Shown piece after piece: positions 51,188 to 63,805 of a stretch of 64,000 nt of DNA (position 1 is the first letter of the stretch; the number at the start of each line of letters is the position of its first letter). This DNA comes from Neodothiora populina (taxonomy: Eukaryota). The position numbers and the translations under genes were made by a program. The stretch lies in contig NW_027191413.1 in the NCBI RefSeq assembly GCF_041146345.1, positions 2,542,001 to 2,606,000 on the forward strand. Direction: 5' to 3'. The notes below the pieces were generated by a model. That model saw only the letters and a list, made by a program, of their open reading frames with translations, did not search any database and was not told where the DNA came from.

Positions 51188-52106
51188 GCTGGCTGGTGTT
51201 GTCCGTGAGAGGCAGCTCAACGGGACTGACCGCAAAGATGACGGTCGGAGGAGCATTTGTATAGAACAGCTGAAATCAAGATAGATGAACAGAAAACTAA
51301 GCTATGGCTTATCTGCCTTATACGGCCATGAAACGGATGCTGGGCAAGACGATTGAAGCAGCCTCGGTTGTGAGTGGTGCTGGACTGGAAACTCCGCAGA
51401 TATCAGATTTGCCGAGGGAGCTGCGCAGGATTGGACAGGGTAAAGTGCAAAAGCTTTCTCGACGTGTAGCTGCTTGAGTGATCCCAAATCACGGGCGAGA
51501 GTGATGTTTCTGGCGAGCGGAATGTTCTTGCGGAACAGAAGCCAAGCTTTATCCTGTGAACTGGACAATATAAAAAAGAATGGCCCGTCGGAGTTAGGTG
51601 GGCTTTCACGGTCGCAAGGAATGCGGCTTCGTGCCTCGTGTATGTGGAATTGGAAGGCGACGCAATGCACTCGAATCAAATCGACAAAGATCTTGGTACG
51701 ATCCGCAGTATCTTGCTTGTCAATGATTGACCAGAGAAATGGCAAGATGGGTCCTCAACATTAGCCTATCAATTGATGAAGACAGAATGGGATCTATTCG
51801 TCCTACGATTGTATTCCTGATAGACTCGAGTCATGCAGAGTGCTGCCAAACGCCTACATTACTGCCAAAAGACCAACGCCTCGGCAGGCGTCCCGAGTCA
51901 GCTTCTTCACGAATTTTACAGTAGAAGAGTAGAAGGAAGGCGGAAGCTGGAGTTATCTGGTAATAATTGCAATTGCTGTGCTTCTAACTCGTCGCCGCCA
52001 TCTCCGCCGCCGCATCTTTCGAGCGCATTCTTTTCTTGTCACTTCATCTCCTTCTCTTTCTTCTTGCGCTTCGTATCTACCTTCAGGCGTCGCGATCATC
52101 ATCATC

Positions 52107-53575
52107 ATGTCTTCTTTCGCTAGAGCTTTCGTGCGCACCTCTCGCGCCGCTCTCAAGACCACTGGAAATGTCAACCCCGTCCAGACTGCCTGGGGCGCTC
52201 GCGGTGGTGCTTATATGAGAAACTACGCCACTGCCTTCGAGAGAAGCAAGCCTCACGTCAACGTCGGTATGTGAATACTCTTGTGTCCTCGATCGTTTTC
52301 TTCCACGCTCTGTCCTGGTCCATCGCCGCCGCATTCATTAACACAAACGCCGCCACCCAGGTACCATCGGCCACGTCGATCACGGCAAGACCACCTTGAC
52401 TGCTGCCATCACCAAGCGTCAGGCCGAGAAGGGCTACGCCAACTTCCTCGACTATGCCTCCATTGACAAGGCTCCCGAGGAGAGGAAGCGTGGTATCACC
52501 ATCTCCACTGCCCACATCGAGTACCAGACCGACAAGCGCCACTACGCCCACGTCGACTGCCCTGGTCACGCCGATTACATCAAGAACATGATCACCGGTG
52601 CCGCATCCATGGATGGTGCCATCATCGTCGTCGCTGCTTCTGACGGTCAGATGCCTCAGACTCGTGAGCACTTGTTGCTTGCCCGTCAGGTCGGTGTCCA
52701 GAGAATCGTCGTCTTCGTCAACAAGGTCGATGCCATCGAGGACAAGGAGATGTTGGAGCTTGTCGAGATGGAGATGCGTGAGCTCCTCACCAGCTACGGC
52801 TTCGAGGGAGACGACACCCCCATCGTCCTCGGCTCTGCTCTCTGCGCCCTCGAGAACCGTCAGCCCGAGATTGGTGTTGACAAGATCGATGAGCTCATGA
52901 ACGCCGTTGACGAGTGGATCCCCACTCCCCAGCGTGATCTTGAGAAGCCTTTCCTCATGTCTGTCGAGGATGTCTTCTCTATCCCTGGACGTGGTACCGT
53001 CGCCTCCGGTCGTGTCGAGCGCGGTACCCTCAAGAAGGACTCCGAGGTCGAGCTTGTTGGCAAGAACGCTGCCCCGATCAAGACCAAGGTCACCGACATC
53101 GAGACCTTCAAGAAGTCCTGCGACGAGTCAAGAGCGGGTGATAACTCCGGTCTTCTCCTCCGTGGTGTCAAGCGTGAGGATGTCCAGCGTGGTATGGTCA
53201 TCGCCAAGCCCGGCACTACCTCTCAGCACAGGAAGTTCCTTGTCTCCATGTACGTCCTGAGCAAGGAGGAGGGTGGCCGTCACACCGGTTTCCACAACAA
53301 CTACCGCCCCCAGCTCTTCATCCGTACTGCCGGTAAGTTCAATGAACAATTTCTCGTAATCTCTGACGCTAACACTCCTCTCAGATGAGGCTGCTGCTCT
53401 TACCTGGCCCGAGGGCACCGAGGATGCCGACTCCAAGATGGTCATGCCCGGTGACAACGTCGAGATGGTCTGCGAGATCCACAAGCCTCTTGCCATCGAG
53501 CAGGGCCAGCGCTTCAACATCCGTGAGGGTGGTCGCACTGTTGCCACTGGTCTCATCACCCGTGTCATCGAGTAA
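52107..53575 (+). CDS. TUF1: Mitochondrial elongation factor Tu; introns 52267-52360, 53333-53384
   Basis: Presequence, then [67 protein letters not shown]. Confidence 0.98.
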
Positions 53576-54298
53576 GCGTTCATAGCGCCGCATCTCAACC
53601 TCGCTGGATCGCTCTCGTTTCGGCCCAGCTACGACTGCAGGACTTTGCTAGGATCAAGGTTCTCAACAGACGACGATAATCCATTGATTGGCGAGTGACC
53701 AAGCAACGAGTTGCCACTCACAATCTGTACATATATAAACATCTCCCGCACCCCCGGTTTCATCAATCACCATTATACCTCCTCATGTATACTAGATCTA
53801 ACGTCGACCGAAGGAAAGAGAAAGGGATGCAAGCATTGCACTTTTGGGGCGTTTTTTGTTTTGGCACATCTTGCACATTTCAATATCGGCGTCTCAAAAA
53901 AGGCATCCCCTCTCCTCTCTACTTTAGCTTACAGCCGCTACAGATTGGCATGTACATGTTTTGTCATGTAGCGTCGAAAAACATCACTTGACTTTTTCGT
54001 CTTCCGCCGATTGTGTGAATCTCTCATATGGCATGGCAGGTACATTATCTTGTTCGCAATGGCAGTCTATACAAGGCAGGTGCGACCGAGTCTCCAAACC
54101 AGTGATGGTCGGTATCTCACTACATAAGGTAGCTTACTCCTCGTTTCCGATTCGCGCTCTGTGGTAGATACTCACCCACTTTCTTCTGTCCAATCCAGTC
54201 GAATTGTCCTCTCGCATTGTTACCCTCGCTATTATTGGCGTGATATCATTTAACCACTTGGCTTATCACAAAACGAAAACTATCGCTTACACTTTGGC

Positions 54299-54812
54299 AT
54301 GGCTCTCCGTAGCACGGATGGGACTCAAGTCTTTCAGCGCTACGAGGACTTCATGGAAGACGGTTTAGTCGTAGCCGCTCAGATCCCTGATGGAGACAAC
54401 CAGTGCACCATATGCGCGGAAGTTTACGGCCATGCATATCACACCCAGCCAGTCTACACCGCCTGCAGACACCTGTAAGTATCTGATCGCTAGGTCCAAG
54501 CTGTATCTGTTCATTGACTTAATCTATTCATCTCTTCGTGTGTCGTATTAGTGCTAACGTTCTGGTAGGTTTTGTAGAGACTGTATACATCGCTGGGTCA
54601 TGCCGGTTTACGACATCGCTACCGGGGACTTATCACACAGAAACACCTGTCCGATATGTCGTAAGACTCTGTTCTCTGACACGAGATACCATGGCGAAAC
54701 CACGGGGCAGATGATACCGGCGCATCACGCTCACCCTGCGCCATATCCTTTACCCATCATTTTCCCTCGAGTCCCAGAGCCTGAAGGTCTAACCGAGAGC
54801 TCTGTGTCCTAG
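54299..54812 (+). CDS. RING-HC (C3HC4) finger protein, 139 aa to the first stop; intron 54475-54568; frame stays open after the TAG
   Basis: Splicing GTAAGT..GCTAAC..TAG assembles CTIC-x16-CRHLFCRDC-x21-CPIC. Exon 1 is absent from the ORF track. Confidence 0.8.
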
Positions 54813-55637
54813 CAGGATCATCTCTCGACGACCACGACGATGCGTCGAGGCAGTTTCTTCTCTCCCCGTCGTGCTGTGGCAGCCCAGCATTCTATTCATG
54901 ACATGCAGTCGGGCGCGGCAATTCCAGGTCGCCAGAGGATAACGTCATCCCCTCAATCCTCAGCCTCCATAGTAGTGCAAGTAGGTGTCACCGGACAACA
55001 TCCTCTAAACAGTTCATGGGATACTTGGCAGCAACCATTAAGGCGAGCAGGACTGGAGAACAGGGGCAGAACCGTAAGGTTACCCACGGATATGACCGGG
55101 CGGACAGGCGTTATCTGGAGGGATCTAAGAGAAACTCTCGACGAGTCACTTCTACGTTGGACTACTGCAATTCGAACTGGCCACTGGCCGGAACAAGAAG
55201 AGTATGTTTGACAACCATATGTTCCGGAATGATATGTGGTTGGTACTCACGAACGTGTCGATGCCCAGCCCAATTGAGATGCAAGTCAAGAGGGAAAGAC
55301 TACGTTACAGCACTAAGTGTTAGAACTTCTTACTCAATAGTTTTGTACCAGGACAGAAGTCATTTGATAGAGATTGAGTCCTACTGCCATAGCAACACGA
55401 CAAGCTGCAGGGGGACCCTGGCCTTGCGGCTCAGCGGCTACCAGAAGCGAGACGTCTTGGCACATTGGAGATGTATGGCTTTGGTGGTGATGTCATGATA
55501 TTATTTATTATTGGCTGATGCGGCTGCTGGACGAGCCCGAGTCTGGTAAGATAAATTAAAGGTACGCCGAGTGAGGAAATAGGCAAGCGCAACTCAGAAT
55601 AAATAGAATCTCTCCATCGCTCCAGCAAGTCAACACA

Positions 55638-56111
55638 ATGGGTCTGCCGATGCATTCTTCCGAGTCGCAGAATGAGCGCTCAGCTCCAACACCTTCTGGT
55701 GGGCTATCTGACCGAGCCACGAGCCTCCCACCGGCAGCGGTGGAGTTGGCGACGAAGCTATTTGATTTTGCCCGCGAAGGCAAGACCAATGAGTTGTCAC
55801 AATATGTCTCTGCAGGCATTCCACCAAATTTGACAAACCACAAAGGCGACACACTTCTCATGCTGGCAGCCTACTACGGACATCCAGATACGGTGCGAAT
55901 GCTCCTGGAAAAGGGCGCGGACCCCAACACGCTGAATGATCGCGGACAGAGCCCGCTTGCAGGAGCTGTTTTCAAGGGATCCGATGAAGTCGTCAAAGTG
56001 TTGTTCGAGCAGGGCAAGGCCGACATTTTCGCAGGCCAGCCAAACGCCGTGGACAGCGCGATGATGTTCAAGAAAGAAGACTATCTTACCCTCTTCGGAG
56101 TGGAGCGATAG
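55638..56111 (+). CDS. Small ankyrin-repeat protein
   Basis: LFDFAREG, GDTLLMLAAYYGHPDTVRMLLEKGADPN, GQSPLAGAVFKG. Intronless. Confidence 0.9.
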   Translation: MGLPMHSSESQNERSAPTPSGGLSDRATSLPPAAVELATKLFDFAREGKTNELSQYVSAGIPPNLTNHKGDTLLMLAAYYGHPDTVRMLLEKGADPNTLNDRGQSPLAGAVFKGSDEVVKVLFEQGKADIFAGQPNAVDSAMMFKKEDYLTLFGVER

Positions 56112-56174
56112 TCGATCACAATAGCATCACGGCGATTTGTCAGTACAGCAAAGGCCATGACCGTCATTCATGAT

Positions 56175-56200
56175 GCTCGACCTGCTGGCTCGACCTGCTG
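56175..56200 (+). repeat. Perfect 13-bp tandem duplication (GCTCGACCTGCTG)2
   Basis: Seen directly, in the likely 3' UTR of the ankyrin gene. Confidence 0.9.
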
Positions 56201-57189
56201 GCAATCTTTGTGCTGCTGGACCATCATATAAGCATGGACAGAGGGACTATTGGAATTATGGCTGGGAGTGTCACTGCGCGTTGAATTACTTCATCGTGAT
56301 TTGGCACTTTTGATTGGAGAACAAGAACAAATATACCCCGTCCTAGTCTGCACATTTTGTATGACAACAACTATTTTCATCGACTGCTTTACCATGAAAG
56401 TCAAGCCACGCAGAGTGAGATATGGCACCTCGCCTGGATATAAGATTCACAGCAGCGGTACAGGTACAGTGCTGCACCCCGCCGTGAAGTATGGAACAGG
56501 CTTGGCGACAAACATGATGGACGCAGCACATACAAGTAACCTTTCGATAAGGTATTCGGTCGACCGTTGGTCCACGTGCAGGGACATCATTGCGTGTAAT
56601 GTACTTGTATTATCAGTGCCTCTTCAGCTATAGCTATTACGAGGCACAGGTAGAATCACCCTATACAGTCGTACACCACATGGTAATGGGTTCACGAACC
56701 AATGGACCCGGTCAACACACCGCCTACAAGGCAACGTACAAGTAGCCAATATATCAAGCGAGTCGGTGTCGGCTTTAGCAGAGTGCGGACGTAGAGTTTG
56801 GGGTGTGAAAAGAACCATGTGCTTGCATGTGACAACCGAATCACATGCTGGGCAGCGCACGAGCCATATAATTCCCGGTATCAGAGGTCGAGTCCCTTTG
56901 TATGGGAGAAATGGGTGTCATGTTGCATGTTGGATGCATCTTTCCAATCCCTCTCTTTTGAGCCTCAGAAACGCAGCTTGCGCTTACTTTGGTGTCGTTG
57001 GGTCTCACTTTCTTACACCACTTGCCTTAGTTTGATCACTTCCTTTGCTACTTGACCTCTTCTCTTGCGCCCTTTTCCACTTCAGTTTTCTCTTGCTCCT
57101 TCCTTCTTCTTTCTATCAGAGTAGACCTACTTCCCCATTCCCATTTCCCACACTGGCCTTCATTGTCGACGTCACCGCTCACAGCAGCC

Positions 57190-58973
57190 ATGGAGCTGCA
57201 TCGAGAGCGGCCTCCATCCTATCAATCACATAACCCCGACGACCTCGTACTACCCTCGGTGCCTAGATCCGACCTCTCGCGCGCTACTTCAGCATCGTCC
57301 GACATCACTTTGCCTGACTTGCGATCCGTACTCGGCGACTTGCCTGCCAAGACCGTCCATCCTAATGTTCTATATAGCGCTGCCGCCGCGAAAAAGGCCT
57401 CTGGCCACTATGAGACGTCGCTGAACAGCACTCCCCGTCACTCGACACACCAGGATGTTTCGTCACCGTCAGGGCTGGCACGCTCTAGCATTGACTCGCT
57501 CGTCAGCCCTTCGGACACAGCCAGCATTATGAGCGCCGAGGAGCACAGCCAGCGATCAACCAGTGTCTCGCTTGAAGATCCTGACGTGCGTCTCGCGGCG
57601 GAGGCATTGTCTGGTCTGGGTAAATCTGGTATGCTTTTTGAGCTCTGGCGACAGAAACAACTATGCGAACGTGTACTCATCTGTGAATTCTTCCAGGTTA
57701 CAATCGCCAAAGCAATCCTCGCTCGTCAACTGCCGCCAGCAATGGCTCCCCGTCATCACAAGACCATGCCCGTCAACAACAGCAAGATCGAGAGCCCCTC
57801 CTGTGTCTCCTTCCAGGGCGTCATCCTTGGGTCGGCAGCACCATCAATGGCTCCATGAGCGCCTACAATGTCACTAAGAACTACTCTCCTAGTTTCGTGC
57901 GATATGGTGCGGATCTTATTGAGCGTAACATCGGTTCGCCTCTGGCAAGCACTGTGAGCGTTGTGGCCAAGCGTACCGGTGTTGAGAATGGTTTGAGGAG
58001 GTATCTCAGCCATGGTCGTCCTGAACATGCTGATCCATCATCATCTGTTGCCGAGGATCCTTTGCTCAACGATGGCAGCTCTGAAGCGTCCAACAAGCGG
58101 CGCAGAATCGCCAGCGACGCCATGGACGTTGACTCGGCTGTATCTGAGAACGGAACAATGGTAGAGTCGATGGACGATCTTCCACCATATCGTCTCAGCA
58201 AGCCACCATCGTACCGAGAGGAAGTCAGTCCTCACAGCATGAATCGGAGCGCTGATCAAAGCCAGCCGAAGCGTACCCATTCACCTGCCATGACAGTGGC
58301 TGGTCTATACGTTGCCATGAGCGATGCATCACTGCGGAGTTTGAGGTATTGCGTAAAGCTTATCGTCACCGCTACTGAACATGTGGAGACCATCATGCGC
58401 GCTCTGAAGCTCGTTCTGCAGAACATGGATCGCCAGCGCGACCAGCGATCACAGTCGTCGGATCAGAAAATATCCAAACAAGGCGAAGCTGGGGTCTCGA
58501 CGTATGACGGTCAAGGTCAGACCGAAACAGCCGATGTCCTGGCTCGTCGCATCCAACAATACTGCGACGACATCATGAATACTCTGAAGACAGTCGTCAA
58601 CACGGTCTCTACGTACGCAGGAGGCGCACTTCCGGAGAACGCTCGCGACTACATCAAGCAGCAACTGCTATCGGTGCCTCAGCGGTGGCGCTGGGCCACG
58701 CAGTCCACAGCAACAAGCGCCGACGACGGCACCAAGTCAGACGGTGGAGAGGCAGGAGAGGCAGAAGCTGAGGCCAACGGTGAGGCGCGTCGATCCGCTC
58801 GTCGCATGATTGCCTTCGCCACCGAAGGAATCGACATGATGCAAGCCGTCAACACGGTCATCCAGAACACGTGCATGGAAGCGGAGAGATGGATGGACAC
58901 GCTGCCTGCCTTCCGCAGGAACAAAGATTCGGAGATGATGGACGCTGACGAACCCAAGGAGTCAAGCCGATGA
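57190..58973 (+). CDS. OPI1: Opi1/CCG-8-family transcriptional regulator; intron 57629-57696
   Basis: VSLEDPDVRLAAEALSGL, SAYNVTKNYSPSFVRYGADLIE, AMSDASLRSLRYC, TLKTVVNTVSTYAGGALPENARDYIKQQLLSVPQRW, MIAFATEGIDMM. Confidence 0.85.
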
Positions 58974-60905
58974 AGGGCAGGAGGACGGCTGTGATCTATT
59001 CGGGTAGAGATCAGATGAGACATGACCACCGATTGACTGAATGGTTGAGTGGTCAAATGGGGCAGGCCCCGTCGATTGCTATTCACCTCGATCGAGATGA
59101 TGAAAAGAAAAACAAAATCGAAGAGAGACTTTATTTTTTGGACCCCGAACAATATTTTTTTCTTCTTTTTGCTTTCCTATTCCTTTGCCTTTTCCGACGA
59201 TGTGTCCAAATGTAAAACAAGCAAAAGTCTCAAAGGAACATGAAAAGAGTAAGAAGACAGGGCAGGAAGAAGCAGGAACTGAGCGTGCAAGTCAAGTTTC
59301 ACGAGCGGGAAGGACGAGAGAGCGCCTCTTCTTCCTTTCCTCTTGTCTTAACCATGAATACCCTTTTCCAAACAGAGAAGAGACACAAAGCAGAATCATA
59401 TTCAGAGAGCGAAATGAATCACAGAACGAAGCACAAAACCATCAAACTATTTTTCCTATCCTCTTCTAATCAAGTATCTGATATCACAAAGAATAGCCGT
59501 ACGGCAGAGACCCACGAAGACAAAACCCACCTGTCTCTCCTCCCTCCGATAGTTGCGTCACCGTCACCATCCCGACCCGAGTCTACTTTCTCTCTCCTTC
59601 TATATCGCATCACTTTACAGTTTTCCTTGCTCCACTTAAGGTGTTCTTCAGTGCGTGTGTCGGCATGGTTGTTCTGCACTGCACTCTATAACCAAGCATA
59701 TTTCTTTCTCTCATGTCCTAGCTAGCTGATAGCTGAGGTATATGCAGAACAGACAGCAAAGACAGACTGCCGAGTGCCCCCTTCTGCTCAAGGAGCGCTG
59801 TTTCTTCATCTCAGTCCTTGTCTTGTTCTTGGCCTTTTTCCCTGTTCGCCCTCGAGTCTCACATGCAGGACTCGTGAGTGTACGGAAAAGGCCACGATGG
59901 CTGGTCTTCAGCTCTTGATCTTTTCCCTGCTTCGCCCTCGGAAATGTCACATTGCGTCTTCTTGAGAGTACACGAAGAGATCATGTGAATCAGACGACGA
60001 AACTTGTTCGTTCGATGAGGTTTTCAGATTGACTGATTGATTAGATGTACTAACGATGGGTATATATATATATGAGACGAGTAAAGTAAATCTGCCGTTT
60101 CCCATGCCGTGCTGTCTGTGAGTATTCAAGGAAAGAAAGAAAGCAAAAAATAAAGCATGCGATTGCGATGCGGTCAAAATAGGGACAAAGGAGAGATTGG
60201 GTAAGTATGTACAGAGAAAGATGCAAAAAGATAGATATGACAGACAAGAGGCGGTGGTTTTCGCCGTGTATGTGCTGTAGAGCTGTGAAGAGGTTCGCAG
60301 CGAGTAACAGGACTGAGTCGATGTTTTGGTAACAGTGGTATGTGTAGGAGGTTGCTGGAGTACTGTAGCGATTACGCACATGGTGTGGAAAAGTGAGGTT
60401 CAGACTGCCGTGGCGTGGACCTCGATACTGGGTCTTTTTGTCGGTCCGTCAGGAAGAACGAATTGCTAGTCGCCACTGAATGGTGCTGTCAACCAGAGAA
60501 ATTCCAGTGGGTTGTGCATTGTGGGTGTTGTTCCTTGGCTTTAGTGGGTGATGGGACACCAGCCAGTATGATTTCCCAGGCGCAGATTGAAATCGCCGTT
60601 GCGGGTTCTCGGCGGTCTCGAAGAGCCTAAGACCACATGTGCTGTTGAAGTGTCCAGCATGGCAAGCAGCTACACTCTTATATCCGTTTATAAAGCCTCA
60701 AAAGGAAACGGGACGGCACCAAATTCGGAACTGTCCAAGGAGTGCAGATCATGTGTTGGACCAAGCGGGTGACTGGTCCCAACAATATTCGTAACATGCT
60801 GACCAGGTTGATCAGAGATAGCTGGAGGGCAGAACTTATAGCAGCCCTGCAGCGGCGTCATGATGCTTCAAGAGGTGCAGCGAAGAGGAAAAGGACGACG
60901 AAAGC

Positions 60906-61574
60906 TCAGGCAGGCATTTCGATAGCAGTACCCCTCTCCTTGTTGACGGCCTCCTTCCTCTCGACGTACATCTTCAGATCTCTGGCCCAGTCCTTGAAGC
61001 GGTCCTTGAGCATGGCTTCGTACTTCCACTTGACAAATCTAGCAAGAGGCCCGCCAAAAGTCTCCCACGTACGATAGATGGTAGTCCCGTCCCCGCGGTC
61101 TTCAATCTCGTTGACGCGCTCCGCATGCATGAGGAAGCGCGGGGTGATGATTGCCTTGTTGTCAAGGACCCAACATATCCGCGTGATATGTCCCGTCTGC
61201 GACTGAACAGTATTGGGTGGCGGATCAAGAATGTTAACATGCTCCTTGCTCACGGTAGTGGTACCGTAAGTCATATTGACCTTGAAAGTCATCGAAGCAT
61301 TCAGCGTCATATTTGACGTGTCTGTAGACCCCGAAGGAGGCTTGATGGTGGCGCTGGGCACGAAACTATTCCACTGCTTCCAGGAAGCCGCATCAACAAT
61401 CGCATCGTACACAGCCTGCGGCGGTGCATCAATCTGAATCGCTGAATATGGGCTGAACAAGCCGCCATGGGGTATGGTAGGCGTAGGTCGCGCATGAGTC
61501 GAGGTTGACGCCTCAACCGGCGACCTGGGTAGCTCATCAGCCGTAGTGATGGCGATCAGGTCGCTGTCCGCCAT
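60906..61574 (-). CDS. SRPBCC/START-superfamily (polyketide cyclase/dehydrase-like) protein
   Basis: IQIDAPPQAVYDAIVDAASWKQWNSFVP, HAERVNEI..GTTIYRTWETFGGPLA, and C-terminal helix WARDLKMYVE. Confidence 0.78.
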   Translation of the reverse strand: MADSDLIAITTADELPRSPVEASTSTHARPTPTIPHGGLFSPYSAIQIDAPPQAVYDAIVDAASWKQWNSFVPSATIKPPSGSTDTSNMTLNASMTFKVNMTYGTTTVSKEHVNILDPPPNTVQSQTGHITRICWVLDNKAIITPRFLMHAERVNEIEDRGDGTTIYRTWETFGGPLARFVKWKYEAMLKDRFKDWARDLKMYVERKEAVNKERGTAIEMPA

Positions 61575-62473
61575 GATGTGTCGATTTGCAGATAAGAAAA
61601 GAAATAAAGACTAGTATGAAATGGGCAGAATTGAAAGAAGATCTCTTGGACAGAAAGAAGCAAAAAAATCGAGACAGAAGAGGAGGTAGCAAGATGAGTG
61701 AGTGAGTGAAAGTCAACAGAACTTAGGGGGACTTTAGGTGGTGCAATCGACTGGAATCAAGCCTCGATATGGGTAGTCGAATGAATCTCAACGACGATCT
61801 CCCCGACTATGTGAAATGAAAGGAAGTCAGATCTCTGTCATAACATCAGTAGTATGACCAGTCGCAATGACTATTTGACAATCCGCGGTGACAATGCGGA
61901 AGTGGGAGAGTAAGGCACCCTTGCATACTTGCATAAAGGTAGGCGGCTAAGGCCAAGATGAAGATTACCGGGACGTGGGCGCACATGGCGTTGGTCCGAG
62001 CTCTGCAACATCCCCCCTCCCCATTTGTCCCTTTCTAAGCTTCTCTGAAGACGCCTTTTATTAATATCTCCGAGACAAATGTGCTGTTGACTCCTCTGTT
62101 GGAAACAGCAGCGCGTGATGAAGTCATCTTCACTGTATGCATTGGCTTTATGAGGACATTCTAAAGCGTAGGTTTTGTTCTAGAAGGCGATTCGAATAGC
62201 CGCTCTCGGACTTGCTTTCGTACTCCGTACAGGTGAAAGATGCTGTCGGGATCCAGATCCGACCTCGTACCGACGCCAGAGGTGTGAGTTTGACTGGATT
62301 CATGATACGAAATGTTCTGGACCAACCAAGGTTAAAGCACAAGTTCGCTGTAAGGTTTCTGCTCTTTTGTCTGTCATCTGTATTTCGATCAGATCCGATC
62401 TCACTTATTCTCTGGTCTTACTAATGGCAAGAGGAAATATGCCGTCGTCTGTTATTGCCTCATTTGCACAATC

Positions 62474-62513
62474 GAGATGAGATGAGATGAGATGAGATGA
62501 TCTAATCTAATCT
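62474..62513 (+). repeat. (GAGAT)5 followed by short TCTAA repeats upstream of TAF11
   Basis: gagatgagatgagatgagatgagatgatctaatctaatct. Confidence 0.85.
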
Positions 62514-62734
62514 TAAACCGCCGTTGATCTCCGCATCACTGCATAATCCTGTAACACTGTGCGAGAGCACTTTCACTATTCTTTGGACCAAAGACGACAA
62601 CAACAACATCGTCAACATCGCCATCATCCTCATCATCATCGCCCTCAGCTGCCCGACCGCGTGGCTACAACGAGACGGTCACTCATCTCCTGGAAGTCTA
62701 GACAAAGCATACAGCTCGCGCGCATACCTTCGAA

Positions 62735-63805
62735 ATGGCGAGCAGTCCTCCAGGCCGCGCCCTTTCACCCCCGTCAGCGAACCCTCAGTTTCCAATGTCG
62801 AAGAAACGTGCATCAGTCCAACTTCCGACCAACCAACCTTCACACAAGCGCCGGAAACCATCGACCGCATCACTATCAGCACACCCTCTACGGCAAACCT
62901 CCTTTCCCCCTCCAGACCGCTTCGGGGGCCGCGCATACAGTCCTGACACTCAAGGCTCACAAGTCGCCTATTCACCCATCAGTCGCAGGAGTGAGAGCTT
63001 GGATATCGATGATGAAATCACAAGTGTAGTCTCAGGCAGGAACAATACCAGCGTCACATCATCAAAGAAAGAGAGGGCGAAGAAGGGCACAAAGACAGGT
63101 CGCGTTGGCAGACCACCAAAGGCCTCGACGAGGGACGGCACCTCCTCTATCATCGATGGAGACACTGCTCCTCTACGCAACAAGGCGGCTGCATCCGCTC
63201 ACGGTGCACAAAACGCAAACGATGCCGCAGATGACGAAGAGGAAGCAGACGACGACGATGCTGGCGAAGATGGTGCTGGTCCGGAGATGGAGGGTGGAGT
63301 CCGCTTGACCAAGGCCGCTGCCGAACAGGACAAAGCAAACAAGGCTACTTTCCAGCTGACTATGGACAAGATGTATCCCCCAAATGCTGAACAGTTCGGC
63401 GTGTGGAATTCTGTCCATTTGAGCAAACCTACCGTGAGGCGCTTGACCAACCAGACATTGTCACAATCAGTCCCGGCATCCGTGGTCAATGCTATTGCTG
63501 CTTATAGCAAGCTATTTGCTGGTGAGATTGTTGACCGCGCTCGAGAAGTACAGAAAGAGTGGGTCGCCGCTGCTGAAAAACTACCTACTGGAGACAAGAA
63601 TGAAGCGGCCTTTGGAAAAGACGGCGAGGGCGAAGCAAGGGTCAAGGAGATGGACAGAGGTCCCTTGCTGCCTGATCACCTAAGAGAGGCTCTAAGGAGG
63701 TACAAGCTCAGTCGAGAGGGCGGCACTGTCGGTTTCACAGGTCTCAGTCTGGAGGGTAAGGAAACCGTCGCAGCGAGGAACGGCGGCAGGAGGTTGTTTC
63801 GATGA
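62735..63805 (+). CDS. TAF11: TFIID subunit 11 (TAFII28 histone fold)
   Basis: LSKPTVRRLTNQTLSQSVP..SKLFAGEIVDRAREVQKEW..GPLLPDHLREALRRY. The N-terminus has HPLRQTSFP and an AT-hook-like GRPPK. Confidence 0.9.
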   Translation: MASSPPGRALSPPSANPQFPMSKKRASVQLPTNQPSHKRRKPSTASLSAHPLRQTSFPPPDRFGGRAYSPDTQGSQVAYSPISRRSESLDIDDEITSVVSGRNNTSVTSSKKERAKKGTKTGRVGRPPKASTRDGTSSIIDGDTAPLRNKAAASAHGAQNANDAADDEEEADDDDAGEDGAGPEMEGGVRLTKAAAEQDKANKATFQLTMDKMYPPNAEQFGVWNSVHLSKPTVRRLTNQTLSQSVPASVVNAIAAYSKLFAGEIVDRAREVQKEWVAAAEKLPTGDKNEAAFGKDGEGEARVKEMDRGPLLPDHLREALRRYKLSREGGTVGFTGLSLEGKETVAARNGGRRLFR

